Origin: Bigelowiella natans CCMP2755
Lineage: Eukaryota; Protista; Cercozoa
Direction of reading: 5' to 3'
Assembly (NCBI GenBank): GCA_000320545.1
Contig: ADNK01001131.1
Span: 53,961-117,960 of the forward strand
DNA length: 64,000 bases
The translations under genes and the position numbers were made by a program. Below are positions 40,069-53,156 of this stretch, piece after piece. How positions within the stretch are numbered: position 1 is the first letter of the stretch; each line of letters starts with the position of its first letter. The notes beneath the pieces were generated by a model that had not been told where the DNA came from, ran no database searches, and saw only the letters and a list, made by a program, of their open reading frames with translations.

Positions 40069-41326
40069 TCATTTTTCAATCCTGGTGTGGCTCGAATAAT
40101 AATCATCTAGACGATTACTCAAGCAATCTAATCTTGATATCCGTTGTGACTCCATGCGCTTTGCCTCTTGAAGTTGAGTCCGTGTGTCTTCAAGGAGATC
40201 TTCTAAAGCATCCCATTGAATCTCCCTCTCCAAGGGGTCCAATGAAGGTTCCCATGGCTTTTTCAGCTCGTCGTCCCTTTTTTTCGCACGCTTGCTCATG
40301 TTCTCCTGTTCGCCAATAATAGAAGAAACTTTACGTGTTCCTGCTGCTGCTGCTGCTGCTGCTGCTGCCAAATGTCCCGCTTCCTGCTTTCGCTTCTTTG
40401 AACGTGGATTGTGATTCTTCCTCTCTCCTTCATATTTAATTGCTCCAGTCTTAGTTTTAGGTGCAACAACAACTGTTGTTATCCTTTTGGTGATCGCATC
40501 GACTGTTTGTGATATAAGGGATGCAGCAGATACCAGTGAGTACACTGTACCTAGAGAGGATGAGTCATTGTTGTATAATTGCCTTGACATGCTACAAATC
40601 GCTGCATCGAGCTTCTTCTCAGCCATAGTTTTGGCATCGTCATCCTCCCCATCACCCTCATCATTCTTAGATGATGATGATGCAGCTAGTGTTAATTGCT
40701 TTGCAATACCATCGAGCCAGGCGTTTATGGAATGGATTTGTTGTTTCGTCGTAGCACGAATCTCACGGAGACCTTTGAAGTTATCAGCGAACTCGAATTC
40801 TGTACCGACGACTTGTGTCGGCACAACAGAAGACAGTGGTGGCCATGTGTCAACCACATCCATTAGCCCTTTCTGCACAAGTTTTGTCCTGAATTCCTTA
40901 ATAGTTTCAGAATAGATCTGAAGCCATTGGTCGCAGGTATTGTAGTAGTAGAGACGATATCGCCAGCTAAGTTTTTCAACGCATTTGCGAATACAGTCAC
41001 GCAACGTACTCACGACGGGAAGTGGGTTTAGAGTTGTTGGATAACGCCTCGAGTTCTTTGCCAACCAAGTCACGTGCTCTTCGAGTAGAAGGGAACTATC
41101 TTTCGTAGGATATAAGATCCAAGTCTTCTTCTTTTCATCCTTCTTCTTCTTCATGTAATACTCAGCACCAGCTTGCTCCCTCTCATGCACGACACACGGC
41201 AAGGCCAGTATCCTAAACGCACCAATGCTCTCCCTTTCTCTTTTTGAAAGGCCGTCCAGAAGAATCTCACGTACTTTTTCTTTGACAACTCTTTTCTCAT
41301 TCTCCCGGAAAAAACTTGGTACCTGT

Positions 41327-41362
<36 letters not shown>

Positions 41363-43895
41363 GAAAAGATGATCAAATCCATGATTATGGTGATGATGAT
41401 GATGATGATAATGGATTCCTTTATCATAAACATTGCAACAATTACATACACTACAGGATTAAAACAAACAAAGCCAACAGCAGCAGTAGCTGCATGTAGA
41501 AGAAAAGGAAAAAGGAGGAGGAGGAGGAGGAGGAGGAAGGGACCTGACAAATAACTAAAATAGGGAACTTCGAAGCTGATACTGGTGCTGCTTCTGAAGG
41601 TGTAGTCACTGACTTAAGCATCTGGATAAATTGTTTCTGAATTCTCTTCTTTGTTGAACAAGAAAGCTTCTCTTCGTCAAAAACGAAAGGGACTTTCTGA
41701 TTCTTGCTAATATCATCATTCCTTTGTCCCAGTGTGCTCACCTGTAGATAAGTTGTAAAATTTCTTATAATGATGATGATGGGTTTATTAGTATTATCAT
41801 CCAACAGCACCAGTGTAGAAAGAAAAGACTTATACTCTTCTGTTTACTGCTGCTGCTGCTGCTACTACTACTACTACTACTTCCCATGGTACTGATACCT
41901 TGTTACATTCATTCTTTTCATGCAAATTGATCATGGGATAGAGAAGAAGAAAAGAAGAAAAAGAAAGAAATCTGCCCAATGTACATGTGCAAAAAGAAAA
42001 ACAGTATCATTTCAGAAAAACTGGCACGATTTGATCGCCCTTTTTTTCATTTTGGTGGATGCTTTTCTTCCAACAAATGGAGAATATCATCATCATCATC
42101 ATCATCATCACCACTAATTTCCTTTCTAAACTAATATGATTACTACAACTATGTAGTAGAAACCAACCGGCAGTCCTTCAAATAGGAAGATCCCAGCATG
42201 AACACGGCGATATTCATCTCTACTCACTGGAGGGAACAATGTCGTCCTCGTCATCATCGAGCTGGTATTAGTTGGAGTAGGAGGAGGACTTGTATAATTT
42301 TGAGGATGAGGATGACCATCAGGAGGAGGAATCTGCTCGTCTTCTCCCTGATCATTTTGGTGGAGAGTATGCAGTGCTGGAACATTGTAGACATGAGCAT
42401 TTCCTCCTCCTCCTCCTCCTCCTTCTTCTTCTTCTTCTTCTTCTTCTTTTTGTTCTCCATTCCGTTCATCAATAAGCACCGTGGAATGGAAAATCACCTT
42501 CTTCTGCTGACTCAAGGAGGAGGAGAAGGAGGACCAGCACATGCGGCGAAAACTTGGATTATTCGTTGTTGTAGTTGATGTTACGTCATAATGTATATCC
42601 AAGGCTCTCCACACCCTTGCAGTGCCATTCGAGGTACCCGTCACACCAAGCTTAAGAAAGATCCATCGACGGAGCTCATCAGTACCAATCAGATCATCAT
42701 CATCATCATCCTCATCTTTGTTCATGCCGTAGTAGTAAGAAGAAGAAGAAACCGAAGTTGTGGCACCACAGATTACCAAATCAAAGAACACGTCAATGAA
42801 TGATGATTTCTTTTGCAGGTCTGTCTCCTCGAAGTATCTTAAATTACGCTGGATTATCGCTTCTGGTGTAACTAGAGGGATTATACCATTACAATCTCCT
42901 CCTATTCTCGTTCTTCGTTGTCGTTTTCTTGTTCTCCTCCTTCTTACCATCATAATCGGGTTGTTGTTTCTAGTAGTCAACTCGACCAAACGGTGAGGGT
43001 GATGGTGATGGTGGTGATGTTCTTCTCCTTCTCCTTGTTCTTTTTTTTCTTCATCTCCTTCTTCCTGCTGCTGCTGCTGCTGTATCTTTCTCCTCATCAT
43101 CCTTTTAACCCCACCATCAATACTATTACTACTACTACTACTACTACTACTACCACTACTATGCTCTTTGCCTCCTCCTCCACCTCGAGTTTTTCTTCTT
43201 CTTTTTCCTGTGGTAAGCAGATTGTATATTGTTTCAACTTCCGTAAGTCCTGATAACACTGTGCTCCTTCCACCATAGTTTCGAGTGAGTGCTGAACGAT
43301 TGTTAAGAATCCTTTGCTTTGATGCTTTGGTTTCTTGGGCCAAATACCTCATAACATGCCAATAAGGAAACATGAGAAATCTATCCGCAGCTGATGCCAT
43401 TTTCCTTAAACGTTCCAGATGTTCTCTTCGACGCCTTTGTTGTTCCTTGTTCTTCCAGAATACCACACCATTATAGAGCCGCTCACACGTATTTTCCTGT
43501 GCGATCCGAGCAAGATTTCGCCATTTATTCTCTACGAGGTGTTGTCGTCTCTTTTCTTTCTTTTTCCTTTCTCGAATTTGGTTCTCTCTGTGCTGCCTCG
43601 CCTTTACAGCTTTTAGCCTTTCTTTCCGTCGTTGTTCTAGCTTCCTCTGCCTCTCTTTTTCTTCTTCTTCCTGGCGTTTGAGTTTTCTTCGGCGAGCCTC
43701 TTCCCTTTTTTTAGTCTTCTCCTCTTCTATTCTCCTTCGCTTCTCCTCCTCCTCTGCCTCTCTTTCTCTCCTCTTTCTCTCCTCCCTTTCCTCCTCCTCC
43801 TCCTTCTTTTTCCTCTCCACAGCAGCATGGCGTTGTCCAGGAGTCTAATAGGTCAGATCATAATTATACCATCATATACGAATATGTCTAATGTA

Positions 43896-43935
<40 letters not shown>

Positions 43936-44224
43936 GAAAGAGAGAGAGAGGGGATACATAAAAAGAGGATAGTCAAACACTTTCTCGCTTGAGCACGAAT
44001 GATCATTATCATTTTTATCATTATTATTAGTAGTAATATTTGTTGTCGTTGCTGCTCACGTAAAAATTAACGTGCTGTGATGATTCCTTCCAACAAAGCA
44101 AGAAGGAATATGAGATGTATTCTTTACTCATTTTGTGCGTGTATTTGTTGTTTGTTCTCCACTAGTACCAAAACCAACAACTCACGTTACTCTACTTCCT
44201 CCTCCTTATTCATTCCATCACATA

Positions 44225-44263
<39 letters not shown>

Positions 44264-46043
44264 AAGATGTCACCGCTACTGCCAGATTACTAAGCGACGC
44301 TTTTTGTGAAGAAGAAGAAGAGGAGGAGGAGGAGGAGGAGGCTGAAAGTAGGAAGTTCCTGATCCTGACTTGTTCTTGTTTCTGAAAGCTGGTGTGGATA
44401 GGGTCCTTTGTAGCATTCCATATTTCACTCCATGTCATGCCTGAAATCTTGTTCTCTACGATCGATTCCTTCGTTCGATCCATTTCTGTGAAATTAGCAG
44501 GTTCTGCTTGTGACATTTTTGCCTTCGGAATTTGGCTGGTAGGGCCAATTTCTAGAGGCACTGAGTTGGCTTTCAAGAAGTCAGTGGTTTCAGAATTTCC
44601 ATCAAATCCATATAGTTTTGTTAGGTGTGCAATGGCTACCGAGCCTCCTCTATACCCATTTCTCGATAAATAGAGAAGATTATAACGTATTTCCGGGAAG
44701 CTCTTACAGAGAGCCAGCATTTGCAGGACTGTAACTTTCTTTCTCAAGCACTCAAAGAACTTAATAAAATTTCCCTCAATATAAAGTTTTTGGAGTTCTA
44801 TGACAATCTTGATGAAAGGCGAGGTTCTGAGGTAGGAGGGTATCCTGTCGTACGTGAAGTGGAAATCTCTTCGATTCAGAAAGTCATAGAGCAGCTCATA
44901 CGAATACACCTCTGCTGACATTGGTGAAATATGGCCAGCATCCACACAGTCGTTGAATGGACCATAAACCTTTTCCTTATTGCTTGCGTGTACGTTCCCA
45001 TAATTTTCAAGTCCGATGCCAAAATAGTCGAACATCACGTAAAAACGATAGCAACGTACAGCGATTTCTATGCTGCCATAGGGAAGTTTCTGAGGAATCA
45101 AATCGTTAATTATTGACCTCACTCGATTGTCCAGAAAAATGTATAATTCGTTCGGATCTCTGGGTTCGCCATCAGGATAGGTTTTCGCACTGACAACACT
45201 TTCACCACTTAAGTAGTTTAAGCACCAATGTAATATATGAGGGGGGCGGATCCGTTCTGGATGTGTAACTTCTGCACCAGCATCAGAGCGATAGTAGTAC
45301 TTGACGCATGTATCATAGTCGGGAGTGGAACGATGATGATGGCCTCCTGCTGCTTTAGTAGAGACTACCTCATAAGGAGAAAGCTTGTTTGTTGCTGCCC
45401 TTAAATTACACTCTTCCTTGTGACACATCCTTAGCAGCTTTCCTACTATTGCCTCACCTTTTGTCGCATTTGGTATCCCATGATCTCTTGGAAGTGGGGG
45501 GGGAGGCCCGGGTACATAATGACCTATTCCTTTGTTCCTCCTCCTCGACATCATAATTGCATTCTTCTCATCAGGAATTCCTCCTCCATTCGTCATATCA
45601 TAACTCAGTACTGCGTTTTGAAATCGTAGCTCTCTTTTTTTCAGGACATCTGGATCTTGGGATATCGACGACGACGAGGAGGAGCTTGATGTATTGTAAA
45701 CAGACTTTTTCTTCTTTATTGAAATTACACGTTTTTTCTTGTTGTTCTTCTTTAAGGGTCCTTTGGATAGCGTAGTCTCGTCATTATCTTGTTGTTGAAG
45801 CATGAATGCGTTATTCGGATATTTCTCCTCGTAGTTCGCATCGTAGCCCGCTGTATCATCCTCGTAGTAGTTGTCGCCGTACCCAACCCCATCACCATCA
45901 CCATCATCATATTTTTCGTCTTCGATATCTTTGTATCCGTCATCATTGTAGTCATAGCCGTTCTCGATATTTTCCTGATCGCCACCATCACCGCCATAAT
46001 CATTCCCCCAATCTTGCTCTGTTTGTTGCTGCTCTTCCCCATG

Positions 46044-46078
<35 letters not shown>

Positions 46079-47777
46079 ATATTTTCTTTTTGAAAGAAGG
46101 AACATAGCTCCCTTTAAATGTGCCTCCATACTCAAGCGAGTTGGCATTATTATCCATCTTGCTTATTATCCCCTTTTTATTATTATTATAATTAAATCCG
46201 GTGGGCTGCTCGTCGTCGCCTTGCTGGTCACTATTTAGAGAAGCAGCAGCTGGTGGGTTAGCTTCAGCTTTCTTTGGTAGATGCTGCAACCGGAGTTTCT
46301 GCTCCATTATCAAAGCAATTATGTAAAAACATGTCAGACAATTGTATAATATCTGATGCATACTCTTCTCAAAAAAATGCAGGAGTTTCGATTTAAAAAT
46401 ATTAAACGACGTGTATGAAACATACTCCTGCTAAAGTAACAGGTGTAGATTTGCATCATACATTAAAATGCCGGCGTTCAAATTTTCCTCCTCCTCCTCC
46501 TCCTCCTCCTCATGCTTGAAATATGATGACAACATGTCGTAACGGAAGGGAAATTGATGCTGCTACTGCTGCTAAATCATAATATGTCGAGTCGAGCAGG
46601 TACTACAATTCATATAACTTGGCAAACCTTTCCATTCATATTTCTGCCGTTCTTAGCTGCCTTCGCAGCTGCTTTCTGGGATTTCATGTTGACGAAACAA
46701 AGCTTCTTCTTGCGTAATATCTTGACAGAATGGACGGGTCCAAATTTAGAGAAGTGTTTTTGTACATTATTCTTATTCAGTGCTGGCACGTCTGCCCCTT
46801 TGATCAGGATGGTTTTCCCTAATGCTGCCGCTGCTGCTGCGCCAGTCTTTTGCCATGGTTTAGTAGAGACCCCTCCACCACTACCACCTTTCCCACCAAA
46901 AATTTGCTGTTTTTTTGAATTGCCTTGTCCTTTATCGAATGTGCTGAACATCCCACTCTGCTTTTGGATCATATCCCCAGATCCTCCTCTTCCAACGTGT
47001 CTAAAATTGCAACTTGCCCCCTTATTACAATTCCCGTCCTTGTAGTATTTGCAGATTTTATCGCTCTTCTTCTTCTTCTTCTTCTCTTCGCCTGTGTTAC
47101 CATTGCCCATCATCATCATCGCCTCTTCATCATTGTTTCCCTGACTAGCTCTGGAGAAGAAACCACCTGCAGTAGCATCTTCATCGTAGTCGTCATTATT
47201 CGAGGAGTTCCAATTGTGGCCAGTAGTGTCAGAAACCATCTCACTACCGCTACTGACATCATGAGAGTGTTTGCACTTATCTCCAAATTTGCAATTTCCA
47301 TTCTTGAAAAATTTGCAGAGGATCTTCTTGCTTTGGCTGCTGTACCACACATTCAACTCATCAATCCAGCTATACAGATTATAAATTCGAATTTTTCAGT
47401 CCTCTCTGTGGTAATATTTAATATGTTTCCTGACCTGTTTTGTTTAGCACTGGTTCTATCAAAAAAACTTAGGCCATGAGAAGATTGAGGATCAGAGGAA
47501 CCCATTCCTTTATGATTCCCGATATCATGAGAGAACTGGCACATATTTCCCATTTTACAATTTCCAAATTTCTTGAAAAATTTACAGAGAATATGCTTTC
47601 TGTTTTGACGTCTAAAACACACAAACAATGTAAATTTGTACCTCTTAAAACGATTTTAATTTTAGCTCACCCATTCTTTCCGTCGTTCTTCGAGCCACCA
47701 AAGAATTCGTTAAAGCGTTCTTGTTTTTCTTCACCACCACCACCATCATCATCACTGGCGTTGGAAGAGAAGAACAT
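40069..47777 (-). CDS. SAC3/GANP family mRNA-export (TREX-2) scaffold with three N-terminal CCCH zinc fingers and an RRM
   Basis: CCCH fingers CKFFKKFGNCKMGNMCQFSH, CKFFKNGNCKFGDKCKHSH and CKYYKDGNCNKGASCNFRH; RRM HFSKFGPVHSVKI..CFVNM; Sac3 core IVG..RMC..E..R..LSPYE..VKYYYRSDAG..IRPP..L..YL..YIFLDNRVRSI..D. An E/R/K coiled coil and C-terminal exons follow; the junctions I checked are in frame. Confidence 0.85.
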
Positions 47778-48160
47778 CAATCAACCGTCAGCCGTCAGCC
47801 TGCAGCCTACCCCGCAGCCGCTTGAGCCGCTGGATGAATATTGTTTCTTTTGATCTTCTTATTGCGGTCAGTCAGTCAGTCACATACCAATACACGTATT
47901 ACGTCGTTTGCGCATCCATGTGCTTGTCGCAAAGGGAAAATCTTATATGATCACGAAAAGGACAATTCTGCTCTGGATTTGGCTAGGGCGACAATACGGC
48001 GGGTATTCTGTCTTTCTCAGTGCCAACCAATTCCTAACATCCTCCCGCCAAAATGTTTAGAATGTTGTCGTATGCAAAGAATTCCCTTTGTTTTGTGCCT
48101 TTCTGTCTGTCTCCGAGGAAAAAGAAGAAGGAGAACGAACAACAAGCCGCCGATCAAGCA

Positions 48161-50562
48161 ATGGGGATTAACGGTCTCCTCCCTCTCCTCAAACCTGTTT
48201 CGGAGAGGATTCATATAAAGCGATTTAAAGGAGAGACCGTTGCAGTTGACGCGTCTTGTTGGTGAGACTAGTTTAATACTGTGAATAAAGTGCCTAATTC
48301 CTTCGCATCTAGGCTTCATCGTGGGGCCTATGTCTGCGCGACGGAGCTTTGCTTGGGGATTCCAACTGCAAAGTAACAAATCCAAGTCCACTTTAAGTGG
48401 AAATCACTAACTAGATTATCTTTAGATATGCAGAATGGTGTATGAAGCGAATCAACGTGTTGCGTGGAAACGGAATCGAACCCCATCTTGTTTTTGACGG
48501 GGCACAAATGCCATTGAAAAGGGACACGGAGAGTAAGCGAAAAAAGTAAGTGACCAACAATGGCCAGAAGGAGAAGAAAGCAAATAATGCATTATCTTCC
48601 TCAGAAACAGGACAGATAGTCTGCAAAAGGGTCTTGCTTTCTACAAAGCAGGGAACAGGACAGTCGCTGCAAAGCACTTTCAGCGAGCTATAAGAGTAGA
48701 CAGCAAAATGGTTTGCACCTTCATGCAGGTCATTCTTCAAAAGTTTAATTTGCGCCTTCCATAAATAAATATGCAATATTGTAGATGCTTAGGGAAGAAA
48801 ACGTAAAATTTACGGTTGCACCGTACGAAGCAGATGCCCAACTTGCTTATCTGGCACGAAAAGGTGACGTTGCAGCAGTTATATCAGAGGACTCGGATCT
48901 GCTAGCTTTCGGATGTCCGAAGGTAGTTATTGGTGAGATAAATGGTTCTCAAGGTTAGAATGATTTCAATTTATCTAATTGCAATAGGTCATTTTTAAAA
49001 TGGACGACCACGGATCGGGAATTTTAATATGCCTTAAACGTGTCGTTGGTCCTTCCGGGCTATTAAGACCATTCGGATTGGACCAATTTCGTGACATGTG
49101 TATACTTTCCGGTTGTGATTACTTACCTTCCATACCGGGTATTGGGCTCAAGAAGGCGCAAAGACTAGTTCGAGTGAATAAGAATATATCCAGGATCGTA
49201 AAGAAGGTTAAATGGGATGTAAAATTTTCCGTCCCAAAGAACTACGAAGAAAATTTTGAAAAGGCGGTTTTAGGATTCTGCCATCAACGTGTTTTTGACC
49301 GCGAGACACAAAGTTTAGTCCATCTGACGCCGCTATCAGATACTTTTTGCGAATCTCACGAAGATGATAGCTTCTTAGGTGCCTTAGTTCCAGGGGATCT
49401 TGCAGTCAAAATCGCACAGGGTTTTGCAAATCCACGAACGAAAGAAGAATATTCTACAGAATATACTAAGCGCATTTCTAAAATAAGGAAAAATGATACT
49501 TTTCATGCAAAGTGGCAGCTGCAACCCCCTTCTCGCCAGCCATCCATTGAAGCATTTGTGAAAAGAAAGCAAAATTCTACCAAGCCGCCTGCGCCTAAAA
49601 GTGGTCAGATCGGACGGAAACTTGCAAAGAGGCACAAATCTATGCCAATCTACGGTGGTTGCTCATATCTTAAACTACAAACAAGTGCTAAAGTCTCACA
49701 GCCATTCCGCGCACCGAGACTATCGAATCTTGAATCGCAGAGATCCGATGTCTCAACGACACAGAGCAAATTTTTCGGCCAACAAAATTCTGCTGCACTT
49801 AATTCAGAGGCTGACATGCAAAAAAAATTACGTGGACTATGCTCTACAGAGCGCACTGTATCCTGTGCTGTCAGCCTACAACAAAATTCCAATTTCAATG
49901 CTGAGGCGGCTTTGAGAGATATCAAGTCATCTGCGGAACTTCATTACAAACGTGAGAGTCAAAGGAAGAACTCTCCTGTCAAAGCTTCGGAAATTGATAA
50001 AATGGAGTACAAATTGAAGTCAAAATATGAAGGGTTAAATATATCTCAAAAAGAAAATATTCCTAGTTTTCATAATAAGACTGATGCGTCATCTAACGTG
50101 GGAAAATTAATTGGCATAAGGTCCAGCCCAGAGGATATCAAGCCAAACATTTCGAAAGGTTGCTTGAGAAGTCCACTTATAACTCAACGAAATAGTCTAA
50201 TCTTGCCCAACCGAAGAAGAAATATTGAAGAGTGCTTAAATCGGATTGAAGCTTACAAACATAAAGCATTTACAGACACCTTAGCCAATACAACGTGTAA
50301 GGAACAGATTAACATGGCACCTGCATCCTCCGAAACGGCATTACATTTACTCGATGGTTTCGCAGCGAGTAACTCAATATCAAAACGGGATAGTTTTACA
50401 TTTATGGAGAAGAGGAAGAGAAAAGAAAGGGAGAGAAGTATGTTAAAAACAGCGTCCTCGCCTGCAAATTTGCTGGAATTTATTTATCGACCATCAGTGC
50501 AGAAATCATCCTCGGATAACATGTATAGGAAACTTGATTCCAAATTGGAACAATTTAAATGA
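48161..50562 (+). CDS. EXO1: Exonuclease 1 (XPG/FEN1 family)
   Basis: [89 protein letters not shown]. Introns are ~50-65 nt. Confidence 0.95.
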
Positions 50563-51251
50563 ATGAAATTTTAATATATTATATCTTTAATCAAACTTAG
50601 TAAACAGGTTTAAAGCGTAGCTTAGCCTATTTATTGATTAAATTTAAAGTTATACTTTAGTGATGGGGAAAGAGCTGAGGTGGATTTAGGTGTTGTCTAG
50701 TTGTGGCGCTTGTATAAGCCTCGACACTCTATGTTTAGCTAATATCGTATCGATGGCTTACAACCGATGTATCACTAATGCGATCAATTTAAAGTATGAA
50801 TATAGAAACATAGAAACTAGATCCTTCTGAATTACTTTGTATATTTGGGCTACTGGTTCATAGCGTAATCGAGTATCTTATGCATGCATGCTGCGTAGCC
50901 GTTAAAATACGTGTTGTGGGTCAATTAAAAATCCAACAACTGGCAACGATTTAGCGTCATCATCTTGACATGCAGACAGGGGGTGTGGTGCTGCGCAGCG
51001 GGCGGTTCGATCGCGGCGCTGCTGCGAGTAGTCACGAATGCTCGCCATGCTGCATGAGGGCACATCTTAGCCATGATGCGTGCTGCCGACATACTGCATC
51101 TAGCATCGAAAATGCGCGCTAGCAGCGCAGCCAGAACTATTTTGTTGAAATCTAGAAATTACTGCATGTGTACAGTTACTAGACAAGCTTATGAAGCATT
51201 GCTTTAATATTTATCGATGTTGATATTTTATATGCATGCCTAATATGATGC

Positions 51252-52152
51252 TTACACGTGTCCCAAGCTAGAAGGAGGAATCGAGCGATGAGTACTCCAC
51301 GCCTCCTTCGCGTTCTGTGAATCTCTCGCCTTGCTACGATGAAAGGATGTATTCAGAAACACGTGCTCCATTCTAGCGTAAGGATTTCGAGCTTTAGTGG
51401 TTTTGAAAGAAGACATCTCTTGAGCCACAAGTCTATGAGGATGAAGCTGGAGTGCAATCTTGGATTTTTCATTTCCAGGAGTACTTGGGCAACCACCTCC
51501 GCAGCGAATTCTGGGTTTCCTACACTTTGGAAATCTTTTTGCCTTCACCTTTCTCGCTTTTGAATTTTTTTTTCGGGAGAACCTTGGGAGTTTACTGAAC
51601 GAGAAAGCCGTGCTATGCATCGCTGGAGTCGGTGGTACGGTGTAATAACCAGGGCCTACGTTATCAGTCTCGTACCTATTTGGTGACCACCTGTTCACCT
51701 TTGGTAAAGACGCAGTTGGAGTGTGCTTTCGCAGATACTCGTATCCAACTGTTCCATCGTATTCGAGGGGTGAAGGACTAGGGGAGCGAACTGGAACCCA
51801 AGGTTGCACATTATGAGTGCTGAGGGTAAATTTACGACCCGCAGAATTCATAAACGATGTTGACTTGCCTTTCTCTAAGTTATGTTTGTACATTCCTGGC
51901 CCTGGAACGAACGTATCATCGTCTTTGAACCTCGGAATGAGACTCTTGAAATTAGAACCCTTTGCGCTTCTCCAGTGCATGTTGGATGCTCTTTCCCTTT
52001 CAGCTGCTCTCATCTTTCTCATATATTTCGATTCTAAAATAACAATATAACCTTACTAGGTGGATGGAACAATTTTTAAAATTCATACGTTGCGATTGGG
52101 GTCGCCCAATATTCGGAGTGAAGGTGTTTCTTCGAATAGCGGGAATGGACAT
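51252..52152 (-). CDS. SHIPPO/PGP-repeat (ODF3/STPG-like) axonemal protein, 2 coding exons
   Basis: Repeats PRF..FVPGPGMY, SPSPLEY and NVGPGYY..AFSFSKLPRF. The start MSIPAIRR (52152) splices in frame to the 256-aa ORF. Confidence 0.7.
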
Positions 52153-52960
52153 GGTTCAATCTGGGGATAATATTTCAAAAAAACTGTTGGTTAGTTAAGT
52201 TCAAGATGATATATGATGAAGCAAGATCAGTATCATGCAGCACTTCTAATATCAAAATCTGTGGTGTCTTCTATTTGTCTTTCGAGTAATGTTTGTTTCT
52301 TTTCAAGGACGATAAAGCTCTTTTGAATGTGTAGAGCTTTCATAATTACGTTGGACTAATGTTTGTTTCTCGTTTGCAAAGGGGTGAAGCTGTCGATCTT
52401 CCAACAGCACCAGCAGCGGCACCGTTTGGATCTGTTAAAATCAGGGATTGATGAATGATGATGAGTGTTGATTGATCATCGTTGTTCCATGGTGCTCAAC
52501 ACTTCTGAAAAACAGCCTTGGTTTCCACCCAGGAAACCACCAGAAAATCTTGTTTCCAAAAAAAACGGAAATTACAGTTGTGTAACCATGTCCGACGATG
52601 CACATTGGCGCGCCGTTACGAGAAGTGCTGTTCACTTATTTAGCTCGGTTAATCATTCTGCATGTAGGAAATTCTTGACTTCCATATAAATTTTGTGAAT
52701 TATTAGAACTTGACCATTTACTACCTTTTTTCCCTTTATTAAAATCACATAAAAAATTAATGGAACACGATGTTTTTTGGAAAAAATGCTGTAAACATCT
52801 CAGATGGGAATTTTATCCAACTAGTATTTAAATATTTCAATATAGACTTCCACGGACTTCCGAATGAAATATTTATGTTATTTTCTCATAGTTTGTTGCC
52901 AACAACGATGACAACAACAACGACGACGACAACAACACTAACAACAACACTAACAACACT

Positions 52961-52997
<37 letters not shown>

Positions 52998-53156
52998 GCT
53001 GCAACAAGATACTCATCACTTGCGTGGGTGCTTCTTAGAGGGAAGTGCTCGTTCGTGCTGCAACGTGCGTGCAGGCTGGGCGAGGACAACAGCATAAGAG
53101 TTTCCTTCGATCGGAAGGAAGAGGTAAATTGCAGGAGGATACATATCAGTGGCATC

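Noticed and set aside
52520-52538. RFX X-box
   Set aside because: The 5-nt spacer exceeds the X-box consensus and RFX is not expected in this kind of lineage. It is kept only as an anonymous palindrome.
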